Virus record (IMG/VR): IMGVR_UViG_3300029953_000002
Length of the DNA: 64,000 nucleotides
Source: an uncultured virus (IMG/VR IMGVR_UViG_3300029953_000002)
Lineage: Duplodnaviria; Heunggongvirae; Uroviricota; Caudoviricetes
Direction: 5' to 3' (one strand)
Part shown: positions 54,427 through 64,000 of the stretch, one piece after another
Layout of the letters: each line of letters opens with the position of its first letter
Position numbering within the stretch: the first letter of the stretch is position 1
Notes under the pieces: model-generated
The model's input: only the letters and a program-made list of their open reading frames with translations
What the model was told of the DNA's origin: nothing
Database searches by the model: none
Made by a program: the position numbers and the translations under genes

Positions 54427-55120
54427 TTCCTAACGTTGGCGATACAGCTTTTGACAAACCTTTCAAACCATCAACTTCTGAAGTGTGTGATTGCTCTATC
54501 TTTAAGAATAAAGAAATTGGTTCGTTCGCTATTTTGTAAGGTAACTTGTAGCCAATTGTAGCACCTAAACCATATTGTGTTCTTGCGTCAGCGTTAAGCT
54601 GTGAAACAATGGGTCCTACCGCACTAGTGTTGCCGGGGCCGTACCAATCGTAATTAATTGATTCCAAATGATACGTTGTTGCAGTTAACTGTATTTCACC
54701 CCACCAGTTACCATAATTCTGCCGTACTGCAAGAAAGATATTCGATACAGTCGCCTGCGTTTGCATATGCGACAAAGGCCCACATGGCCCATTACAGTGC
54801 GATGCCGAATTAGGATTATAGTTGGCATCGGAGTTAAGAATCATCGCGTCGGCTGTCATTCTACCGACCCAATCAAAACCAACCCCAAACTGTGTGCCGT
54901 ATGTATTTATATCTGTGTAAAGACCAAACGATACAGACGGCGAAATTAGATGTTCGTTATTAGGAAAACCATTCTGTTTCCAATTTCCATTTGCACTAGG
55001 CGTAAACTTTTCTAAACCAAAGTCCACCACTATTTCACTGGCGATAGCGACATCGCAACAACTGAGCATTAAGAAAATAATAAACAAACGTAAATACTTG
55101 GTAAATTGTTGAGAATGCAT
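54410..55120 (-). CDS. putative outer-membrane beta-barrel protein
   Basis: signal peptide, G/Y-rich strands, C-terminal F (LGIEIKF). Confidence 0.55.
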   Translation of the reverse strand: MHSQQFTKYLRLFIIFLMLSCCDVAIASEIVVDFGLEKFTPSANGNWKQNGFPNNEHLISPSVSFGLYTDINTYGTQFGVGFDWVGRMTADAMILNSDANYNPNSASHCNGPCGPLSHMQTQATVSNIFLAVRQNYGNWWGEIQLTATTYHLESINYDWYGPGNTSAVGPIVSQLNADARTQYGLGATIGYKLPYKIANEPISLFLKIEQSHTSEVDGLKGLSKAVSPTLGIEIKF

Positions 55121-55270
55121 TTTGATATTTCCTTAATTTAAATTTTGCGCTTACCGCATTACTTAATACGTGGTGGCTTATTCTTTTTCATTTAACTACT
55201 TTTTTAAATAACAACAATATATTAAAAATAGGAGCACTTAGGTTAATAAGTGCTCCTATTTTCTTTACAC

Positions 55271-58200
55271 TTACTCGTGTGTGAGATAAGTGTAATTTGC
55301 TGAGAACGCTTTTCCTTGATCAGCTACATTGAAAATGAATGTCCCCATGTATGGATCTACGCTGACCTCACCTGGCAGAGGGGCAGTTCCATCTACATGA
55401 ATATTAATGGCTGACACACCATTAATATTTGCCGATACTGCACCTTGAGCATCTGTATCGATAGCCAAGAACAATGGGTTAAAATAACCAGTTGTTGTTC
55501 CATTGCCAGCAACAATTGCGTTGTCGGAACCATTAGAAACAATGGTAGCGGCAGGGCAAGTGCGATTAGCGACAGCTGCAGCAGGGTTCCAGACATTAGT
55601 TGGCGTACATATCAAATTAAAGCGAGATTGTGCTGGGTTAGGTTGAAAGAATGAATTGGTTATTGGCACACCATTAACGATAAGTTGAATAACACCGCCC
55701 ACCCTTGAAATCCCAAGTGATGTAACGTTACTAGCTGGCCCTAAATCAGCGCCCCCGTTAATAGGCGGCGTTAAGCCATTGGGTGGGTATATAGCGTGAG
55801 CGTGTCCGATACCAGGACTAACCGTTGAGTCAATGGAAAACCCCCAAACAATACCACTTCGGCCATTCTGGTCTAACGAGCCAGCCACGCCAACATATCC
55901 GATACCAAATTCAATGTCCTTCATATTTACATTGGTGTTATCCCAGCCATATGTGATTACAAAATCACCAATAACTGTTTTATCTCCAACACTAAATTGC
56001 GAGCCGTTCTGATCTAGAAAAACGGTATTGTTATTCGCATCCAAAGTAGTTCTAGATGCTGCGTTTGAACGATTTAAATCAATCCCAACTAATCCCGTTT
56101 GCCCAGCTGTTGGGACGGGAATGACAGCAAGATTAACATCGTTTACATTAATGTAGGCCTTCTTGAAATAGATATTATCTTCGATAGTATTTGTCGTGGC
56201 GTTGTCTTTCAACAGACCTTCACAGACAGCAAAGTTATAGAACTCCGTCACTACAAAAGAAGTACCTGATGCACCATCGACGAAATTAATACTCAGCCCA
56301 CTGTCGAGTGATTCAACTGCCGTGTGCGTTAATTTTGATGTGGTAGACCCAGCTACCCAACTACTACCGTTCCATCCATAACTCGTTTTACCCAGATAAG
56401 CTAATGATCCAGCGCCAGCAACTGAATTATCAAACGGGTATATGAATAAGGATGAATATATTCCATTTCCCCAACCGCTAACACCCAAACCGTTATAAAG
56501 TAGCATAGCAGACATGACGAATAGCACGCCATTACCAAGATTCACACAAACAGCCATGTCAGAACCACCGTATGAAGCGAATTCTACGGAATTCGCAACT
56601 TTAAAAGAAGGTGAGATATTAACTGGAATACACATTGATGCTGCGTTGGCGTTGCTTTCAGTGAGAGAAGTATCTATTCCACTCCCATCTGGCTTTACAA
56701 GATAGAGCTGCGCTCTTCCCCCAGTAGAATTAGACAAACTATTCGCGACACCAATCTGAAGAATACGGTCATCTCCGGTAGCGGCTGGTACGAAATTTAC
56801 ACTGTTCAATGCTGAAGTAAAGTTGTTACTGGTGCCAAAAACATCATCTCCTTGTGTATATACGTTTTTTGTTGGTCCCTGCAACAGTGTTGTATTGTTC
56901 GTACCAAACGTTAATGCGTAGTTAGCACTACTCCACGCGATTACCCACGTGCCATGTGTGGCTGAACACTTTAAGTGACTGCGATTCAAGCGCGGCATAC
57001 CGTAGCCAGCACCGTTGTCGAGTGCTGAAGTAAAGTTAACCGCACTACCTAACACTGGCGACCACCAGACGCCAAATGAAGTTGCGTCTACGGTAGCATC
57101 AAGTCTACGAACTAACATTAAGTCGCCGCTAACACTACTTGCATCTGCTACCAAATATTCAACATTGGACCAGTTTCCATCACTGATACCTGGTGAATTA
57201 AATGCAGGGGTTGTTGTTTGGTTATACGCTGTCCATGTTGAAATACCATCATAGTTCGCAATGCAGTTATTGCCAACAACCCACACTGAGTTATTGTAAC
57301 CGGCAGCTACACCATTCGTTGCACTTAAATCAATTCCTACAGCTGGCGCTGCTAAGGAAGTTACTGAGCCGGTAACTGGGTTGATTACCCATAAGCCGGT
57401 TGCTTTACAGGACACATAAATCAGACCATTCACAACAGCAGCTTGCTGAATGTTTGTGAAAGCTGCGGTATAATACCAGTAATCAGAGTTTGCCAGATTA
57501 TACAGCATGATTCTGTTCATACTTGGGATCACAACAGACACTGCATCATACGCCACTGTAGAGCTAATTTGACGTGTGCCAATCTGCGTTAAGTCGCCAA
57601 GAAGCCCGCTGTAAATATCTTGTCCAAGCGTTACTTGAGCTTCATTGACACCGGCATTGAAATTGTTATATTGAGTATTATTCGTTGGAAAAGAAGTACA
57701 AAGTGCTGGCACTGGAGTAAAGTCCTGTGTATTGCTATTACCATAGTTCGCAAGAACGCTTGGTGAATAACCGAAACATGGCCGCTTAGAGTACGTATAT
57801 TCTGCGACGCCTACATTGCCGCTTACTACAATGTTTACATTGTACATTTGTGGAAATTCTCCACTATAGCACTGCCCTGCGTTAGCAGCGGCGTTCTTAT
57901 TAGCCCAATTTCCAGTTGGAGAAAAATACCCTGTTCCAGTAGGCAAGCCGTCTACATCTAAAAACTGCAACGTACTACTCTGTGTATGACCAAAAACATT
58001 TTGAATGCCCGCTGGCGCAAACGGAACGTCAGCCATGTGCAGATCGCTTGCACTATCATTGTAGCTAACACCACCAAGCATTACGCCAACCACATCGGTT
58101 AGACTAAAATTTCTATTAAATTTATTTTTGAAAAAGACGCCATTTGTAGAAAAATTAGCAATGCCACTACCCAATGAAGTATGATCAAACATAGGATTCA

Positions 58201-58930
58201 GTGTAATATTCGGAATGTCGGCGGCTTTAATTACCGGCAATTTAAACACATTACTATTGGCTGAACCGTATAGTGGGGATTTCGAGTTATTGCCATAGAT
58301 ACCAGAGATTCTCTTTGCAATTTCTCTATTCTGAACAGTCGAGTAATTAGCGGCTTGAGGAAACTGAACACGATAATAGACATCCAATATCTGCGTCGTC
58401 GATTGAGGACAGGGTGTCGCTAAACTAGCGTACGCGTAAACGTGCGCGTAGTTTAAATACCCTGAAATATCATTCAATTGATTCTGCGTGATTGACGCGC
58501 AGTCTGTCAGCATTACTGTGTTAATTAACATATTGACAGGTGGCACTGGTATCCGTGTAGTAAATTCAACATATTGTTCTGTACTACCAGACGTCGGAAA
58601 GAACGTAGGATTAACTACGTTTGGGATTGCGTTACCAATAGCCGTTGTATCAGTAACCCCACTCACGCTGCCTGGTATTGTATTGTTAATACGGCTAGGC
58701 GACATCACGCGTGTTGTAACAGCTACGGTATTAGGTAGTGTGATTAAACCAGAATTGTTACCGTTGCCATCCGCATAGGGAATGTCAGTATTACCAAAAC
58801 TTATTAAATCAATAAATATATTATCCAAAATAATATTCGATTGATCAAAACCACCTTCTATTTCCAATGTTTTTGCATTACGCAAAATGCCAATTGCTCT
58901 ACCTTTTGGTTTAATTCCCGTTGCATGCAT
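55271..58930 (-). CDS. large virion/tail-associated structural protein
   Basis: 1219 aa, G/S/T/N-rich beta-structure with propeller-like segments, next to tail-fibre-like genes. Confidence 0.65.
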   Translation of the reverse strand: MHATGIKPKGRAIGILRNAKTLEIEGGFDQSNIILDNIFIDLISFGNTDIPYADGNGNNSGLITLPNTVAVTTRVMSPSRINNTIPGSVSGVTDTTAIGNAIPNVVNPTFFPTSGSTEQYVEFTTRIPVPPVNMLINTVMLTDCASITQNQLNDISGYLNYAHVYAYASLATPCPQSTTQILDVYYRVQFPQAANYSTVQNREIAKRISGIYGNNSKSPLYGSANSNVFKLPVIKAADIPNITLNPMFDHTSLGSGIANFSTNGVFFKNKFNRNFSLTDVVGVMLGGVSYNDSASDLHMADVPFAPAGIQNVFGHTQSSTLQFLDVDGLPTGTGYFSPTGNWANKNAAANAGQCYSGEFPQMYNVNIVVSGNVGVAEYTYSKRPCFGYSPSVLANYGNSNTQDFTPVPALCTSFPTNNTQYNNFNAGVNEAQVTLGQDIYSGLLGDLTQIGTRQISSTVAYDAVSVVIPSMNRIMLYNLANSDYWYYTAAFTNIQQAAVVNGLIYVSCKATGLWVINPVTGSVTSLAAPAVGIDLSATNGVAAGYNNSVWVVGNNCIANYDGISTWTAYNQTTTPAFNSPGISDGNWSNVEYLVADASSVSGDLMLVRRLDATVDATSFGVWWSPVLGSAVNFTSALDNGAGYGMPRLNRSHLKCSATHGTWVIAWSSANYALTFGTNNTTLLQGPTKNVYTQGDDVFGTSNNFTSALNSVNFVPAATGDDRILQIGVANSLSNSTGGRAQLYLVKPDGSGIDTSLTESNANAASMCIPVNISPSFKVANSVEFASYGGSDMAVCVNLGNGVLFVMSAMLLYNGLGVSGWGNGIYSSLFIYPFDNSVAGAGSLAYLGKTSYGWNGSSWVAGSTTSKLTHTAVESLDSGLSINFVDGASGTSFVVTEFYNFAVCEGLLKDNATTNTIEDNIYFKKAYINVNDVNLAVIPVPTAGQTGLVGIDLNRSNAASRTTLDANNNTVFLDQNGSQFSVGDKTVIGDFVITYGWDNTNVNMKDIEFGIGYVGVAGSLDQNGRSGIVWGFSIDSTVSPGIGHAHAIYPPNGLTPPINGGADLGPASNVTSLGISRVGGVIQLIVNGVPITNSFFQPNPAQSRFNLICTPTNVWNPAAAVANRTCPAATIVSNGSDNAIVAGNGTTTGYFNPLFLAIDTDAQGAVSANINGVSAINIHVDGTAPLPGEVSVDPYMGTFIFNVADQGKAFSANYTYLTHE

Positions 58931-58941
58931 GATTTCTTCCT

Positions 58942-59964
58942 CTAGCCAATTGACGAATATGCTGACTGCGTGACAGTCATTGTGAAATGAATACCTCTAT
59001 TTTTGAATCCACCTGTCATTGTGTCTAACACAACTGGAGCAGTCTCTAAAGAACGCGATATGACTGCTTTTGTCATTGCTATTCCTAAGCAACTAAACGC
59101 ACCCGTCATCGTGTCATTGTTATCCGGCGCAAGTGTTTCTAATTCACGAGATATAGTGTTCTTTGTAAAATTAATACCACGGGTTACGTTAGCAACGTGT
59201 ATTGGACTTTTCTCCATCACAGCTAACTCATTGTTAGCCGGTAACACAGCTGTAACGACACTCCCCTTCAATTGAGAAATAAAACCGTTATTGTTAAGAA
59301 CGGTGTCGATTCTATACACTGAACCGAGTTCCAAACCACGGAAATAATTCACCTTAAAAGGAATATGTTGCTCTTCAGTCGTTGATCCGATTTGTAATTT
59401 ATTCAATTGATAATGCGAAACAAATTGTGTATCTGTCACTGGCTGGAACACTACCATTCGTTCCGTATTATTCAGCACAACAACACCTAGCTGATTATCC
59501 GTTGGTGCTGGTTCTATGCTGTATGGTGGTTTAACAATCTGTGTCGCTAAACCAGTTCTTACAAATATTGGAGCAATAGCGGGTGGTTGTGAAAACGTAT
59601 CTAACGCAACAGAAGTTATCGTAATATCAGCATACTGTTGCCACCGCGTTCCTTGATCAAGCCAGAAACGAAATACTTTATCGTTACGATTGGATGGTTG
59701 TTGGAATGTCGACGATGCTTGATTTTGAGGCTCTAGCCAGGTGACAGGAGACCCTGACAACTGAACCCAGTTATACGTCTGCGGTCCAATTGGAGTCCCT
59801 ATTAATGTTGCGTCTAGTGTAACGATGTCCTGACACGACACCAACATCATTTTTTGCAATTGAATAATTAAACCACCGCCAGCACTACTGCCTCTACGCC
59901 TAGATGGATTACCTATTAAAATAGACATATGTGCCTTTACGCTAGATGAATTGGAAACTACCAA
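58942..59964 (-). CDS. putative virion structural protein (Ig/PKD-like N-terminal part)
   Basis: TYNWVQLSG motif; start probably at MSILIG. Confidence 0.55.
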   Translation of the reverse strand: MVVSNSSSVKAHMSILIGNPSRRRGSSAGGGLIIQLQKMMLVSCQDIVTLDATLIGTPIGPQTYNWVQLSGSPVTWLEPQNQASSTFQQPSNRNDKVFRFWLDQGTRWQQYADITITSVALDTFSQPPAIAPIFVRTGLATQIVKPPYSIEPAPTDNQLGVVVLNNTERMVVFQPVTDTQFVSHYQLNKLQIGSTTEEQHIPFKVNYFRGLELGSVYRIDTVLNNNGFISQLKGSVVTAVLPANNELAVMEKSPIHVANVTRGINFTKNTISRELETLAPDNNDTMTGAFSCLGIAMTKAVISRSLETAPVVLDTMTGGFKNRGIHFTMTVTQSAYSSIG

Positions 59965-60355
59965 CTAAAGTCATTGATATATTTGCAATAGAAATATCAA
60001 ACACAGTTGCATCTGTAACTATTTCTAATTTATCTCCAGCGTTAAGTGTTATAGCGTTTGTAAATGTAAATACACCAGAATTCGACACGGGAGTAAACAA
60101 CACACTACCGACAACAGTTCCATTTACTTTAACATTGAGTTGTGAGTTAGACGTAGTTGGTGGCGTGTCGCATGTTGCGAGTGATCCTATTAACAATGCT
60201 GGTAATGTTATCGTTCGAACCATTATCATACTGCCAAATACTTCGCTTGCTGATATTTGATCCAAACAAGAGAAAGGTAAGTCATAAGGCAGCGTCGATG
60301 GCATTGGGGCAATATCTGTGTTTTGACCGTATTGATCACTTCCGTATGATAACAT
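59942..60355 (-). CDS. putative virion structural protein
   Basis: VNGT.VGSV.F ... LNAGDKLEI beta-sandwich pattern. Confidence 0.55.
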   Translation of the reverse strand: MLSYGSDQYGQNTDIAPMPSTLPYDLPFSCLDQISASEVFGSMIMVRTITLPALLIGSLATCDTPPTTSNSQLNVKVNGTVVGSVLFTPVSNSGVFTFTNAITLNAGDKLEIVTDATVFDISIANISMTLVGSFQFI

Positions 60356-61155
60356 AATTGATCCTTATCCATTAAATTGAACTTATACAATACTGTAATT
60401 ATTATTTTCTAACTTACAATCATAAGAATCTAGGAACTATTACTAAAAAAGAACAAAAAAAAACAGGAAAGAATAACTCTCCTGTTTTTATACTATCGAC
60501 GGTCTTACTTTTTAAGTAAGACCGTCACGCCAATACACCGCCGCGTCGCAATAGTATTTGTTTTCGCCACGATTACATTGTCGATCGAGGACCACAAGGA
60601 ACTTATCATTTGCGCCAACGATTTTCGCTTCACGCAAAATTCCAGCACCTAACTGATTGGTAATGGCTTCCAGAGTTCTTTCATGATCAGGAAACGAAAT
60701 GACCAATTTCGAAACGAGTAGCTTCCATCCCTGCACGGTTCACCGGCGAAGTTTTGTAGACAGCCGATTGTTTCAAAACGGACCAGTTATTTTCCAGCAT
60801 TGTTTTGCATTCCGCGCTAACTACAGCTGGAACATGCGTTGAATCCGTAATCGGAATATCGATCGGGCTGACGATAATGTTCGAGCATGCTAAACCCTGA
60901 ATGTTGCAAATGAATCGAGGAACCTTTGGTAACGTTGTTGTCGATGGTGGAATCACAACCTCTGCTGGTTGTTGTGATACAATGAACGAATCTACTGGAT
61001 TCGAAACAGTTGTTACTGCGCCGGTTGCGAAAACGGTGGACGAAAATAGAGCAAAGACAATCGCAGAGATAAAGGTTTTCATGGTATTCTCCTAGTATTA
61101 AAATTAAGTGTTACGTGATTGTATCAAGCTTAGTATAGGCTCAATCTCACCTCCA

Positions 61156-61182
61156 GTATATATGTCTGAAATATTCTGGAAT
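61156..61182 (-). promoter_or_regulatory. copy of repeated phage promoter-like motif
   Basis: minus ATTCCAGAATATTTCAGACATATATACT upstream of 60687..61082. Confidence 0.6.
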
Positions 61183-61241
61183 GAGTCTTTTTGGTATATA
61201 TTTCATAGTTTAATTTACTGCTATTAAACATAATAAAACAC

Positions 61242-62250
61242 TTACAAATAAATAACAGATTGAGTTTCTTTTATATTAGAAAATTCACCTTTTACTATTA
61301 ACGCACTAATAATTTTATCTGCTTGTGTGGATGTTAAACATTCGTATGAATCTTTATCGTAACAATTATTAAAATTCCAACCATTCATCCACCAGTCAGA
61401 TTGACAAAATTGACACTTATCCGAATCTGGAACAATTGGTACAAAGTTCCATCCTAATTGATTGTGGCGTACAGGCATTCTGAGATCTGGTCTGACAGTC
61501 GTATAACAACAAAATGATTCTAACGTCACTACAAGCTGCTAGATGAATTAAACCAGTATCTGCACCTACCACACACTCTGACTTCGCCATGACCTTAGCG
61601 GCCTCTAGAAGACTAGTCTTATCGATTAAGTCAATGACACCTGGAATTGCTTTAGGCGCCACACCATATTGCGTTCCTGCACCAAATGTTTCAAAAGGGC
61701 GTTCTGATTTACCAAGATACACCGGTGTAATCCCAACGCTAAGTAAGTATTCAGATAACTTAATAATTTCTGCTGCTGGCAGCGCTCTGTTTTTATTGAC
61801 TTCGGTGGCGCAGATACAAACATATCTTTCTGGTAATTTGAATTTACTAATGTTGGTCCCGTTAGTTGATATCTTGGGATAATTTTTATGTTCTAATGGC
61901 AATACTGTTCCAAGAAGCTTAATTGACGCGTAATCGATCAGCGACATACGTAATGGATTAATATCCGCTGTAGGTCCGTTAGGGGAATCTTTTATATCAT
62001 TTAACCAAACTGCTGTAGTTGCTATCTTTGATTCGAATCCTTCTTTACCGAGAATTCTAATACGAGATATTGGAACGAAATGAAGAAGAGGTATAAAATA
62101 TTCTTTTATCATCACATTGTAAATTGAGTCTGGTTTATTCCAGATATTTTCTATGGCATATTTTAAAGTAGGGGTCGCGGCGACGATGTCGCCTAACGCG
62201 CCTGCATTCACCATAAAAAGCCATGGTGTATTTATTTTTACATTTGGCAT
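61242..62250 (-). pseudogene. second GT9 glycosyltransferase, frameshifted near 61512
   Basis: GALGD...VVGADTGLIHLAACSDVRII continues in another frame as CCYTTVRPDLRMPVRHNQLGWNF, matching paralog CGYTTVAPELRIPVRHNRTGWNF; one extra T (real or assembly error). Confidence 0.75.
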
Positions 62251-62368
62251 GTTATTTTACCTATTAAGAAACAATGTTAAATTTTCAAATTATACACGCA
62301 ATTAGTAAAAAATACTACGTCATAAAACCCAGAGTATTTAGCTCTGGGTTTTATGATTCTAAAACACT

Positions 62369-62734
62369 TTACGGATGTCTGCTAAATGATTCTAATACGC
62401 TCAGTCCGGGATTACAAATATATACATCTTTTCCATCTGGTGAAATACAGAAACTATTAGGATTAGTAGTAGCTATCGAAAGCGTAGCTGGTGTTAGAGC
62501 AGCTAATAACCCTGTACTCGTATTAATAGAAAACATCGATACGCTATTCCCACCGTTATTAGCAGTATATATATTCAATCCATCTGGAGAAATAGTCGGG
62601 TACTGTGGCGAAGAACCAGTCGCTATAGACGCAGGCACTGTTCCTTGTAATGGTGATAATAGTCCAAACAAACTCTTAACGAAATTAACAAATGAATTAA
62701 TCGCGTTCGCTGCCAGCGTTCCCATTAAAGGCAT
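62369..62734 (-). CDS. short beta-propeller (lactonase-like repeat) protein
   Basis: two ISPDG..(I/V)Y..N repeats. Confidence 0.6.
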   Translation of the reverse strand: MPLMGTLAANAINSFVNFVKSLFGLLSPLQGTVPASIATGSSPQYPTISPDGLNIYTANNGGNSVSMFSINTSTGLLAALTPATLSIATTNPNSFCISPDGKDVYICNPGLSVLESFSRHP

Positions 62735-62822
62735 GATTATTCCTTCTAACTAATATTTTTTAATAAACTAACTACAACAAGTAAAAATCTTATCCATGTT
62801 GTAGTTAGTTTTTTGAATGAAA

Positions 62823-64000
62823 TTAAAATCTTAATTGTGCGATCTTAGCAATATACGTCGCACTTGCTACCTTGTCGATATTGATTGCGTAGCGATCGTA
62901 ACCATTTGTTGAAAGACCAGTTGTTGGTGGTGTATCGTTACCCCAAAATAGATTCGTACCATTTACTAAATCAACACCATCAATTTGTAAACCAGACATG
63001 TAGTACGTTGGAGAACTTCCTTGCAACACATCAATTATTAATGAAACAGCTATATTGTCGCCAACAACACTGTTAAACGTTGTCGTTGCACTCCACGCGA
63101 CATTTAAAATGAAATTATTAGTAGCTGCCACATTACAATACATTACACCTCCTAACGCTACGTAAAAATTCTGTATAGCGGTAGGCGCAGCTGCTATATT
63201 TTGAACTACTTCAGCAGCATTAGTTAAAACGGCAGCAGGAGCATTAATCGATCCATGAGCAACAATACCACCTGTATCTACAATACCGACTGTAGCAGAA
63301 GCAGTGGTGGTAGTTATACTAGAAAACGTCGCGTTAGATGTAGTTCCTAAACCTAAAGCTGTAGCGGCAGCGGCTGCTGTAACAGCGCCAGTACCGCCAT
63401 TTGCAATCGCTACAGTGCCGGTAACATTACCAGCATTAGTAGCTGTAGTGGCATTACCGGCAAGAGCGCCAGTAAACGTCGTGGCTGACACAGCTGCAAA
63501 AGTTGGTGAGTCAGTAGTAGTTAAACCAGTAATGTCAGACTGTGATAACACAACAGCACCGACTCTACCAGCAACAGTAGTAACTTCAGTAGTTGCGCCA
63601 TTCCACTTATCCCAAGTCACTCCATTAAATACCGCCGAATCCCCCCCCCCACATTCCAACTACTATTTCCATCAAGTGTCGTAGTGCCAGCAGTGCTAAC
63701 CTTATACACATAACCTTTAGTACCAACACCATTTGCTAAAGCTGGTATGTTAGTACCCGCGTTCCAAGTACCTTGATACGACATCGCACTCGTAATAGAA
63801 GTAGGTAACTGCGCTAGTGTTAACGTACCACCAGCTGTCAAGGTGGCAACACCACTAGCAGCGCCAAGTAACGCGCTACTTACAGGTGTGTATCCAAGAG
63901 CACTTGTAATCTGGCTTGATTGTAGAGTAATAGCGTTTTGATTTAAAAAGGTAGGTGCACCAGTGCCGCCACTTAGCACGAGTTGCCCGGAAACACCAGC
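62823..64000 (-). CDS. tail fibre-like protein (runs off the window), frameshifted at a G10 tract
   Basis: GVATL...G, YQGTWNA, VTTVAGRVGAVVL, IANGGTGA repeats; WNVG|DSAVFNG broken at C10 63641-63650. Confidence 0.72.

Noticed and set aside
1468..63684. Plus-strand ORFs in the track
   Set aside because: Nearly all are antisense shadows of better-supported minus-strand genes.

Overview
AT-rich, almost entirely minus-strand-coded segment of a large phage genome. A phiKZ-like jumbo phage of a Gram-negative host is the most likely source (inference from small-gene density, a repeated TATATCAC promoter-like motif, hairpin+TTTATGC terminators, ThyA/Tmk/Nudix/QueC-like genes and tail-fibre genes at the right end). 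The standout region is an ~11 kb RNA-gene island (16.2-27.0 kb) with only one credible protein gene, a Ro60/TROVE protein. It contains: (i) a 1.96 kb array of ~54 x 36-nt units (two alternating 9-nt repeats, 9-nt variable spacers) with the geometry of TIGR guide-RNA arrays but no recognisable Tas gene in the window; (ii) 13 tandem Y-RNA-like (YrlA-like) genes directly downstream of Ro60 that share a stem motif but carry different tRNA-mimic domains; (iii) a circularly permuted two-piece tmRNA (tag ASNDSTYDQRLAA) with a group I intron in its T-loop; (iv) five tRNAs, one with a 601-nt group I intron; (v) several unassigned ORF-free, probably structured, segments. Elsewhere: a D-arm-less tRNA-Arg, an IscB/IS200-605 relic, two acyl carrier proteins, two GT9 glycosyltransferases, a porin/periplasmic-binding-protein pair, and several frameshifted genes that may be assembly errors. 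All calls are by eye; no searches were run.
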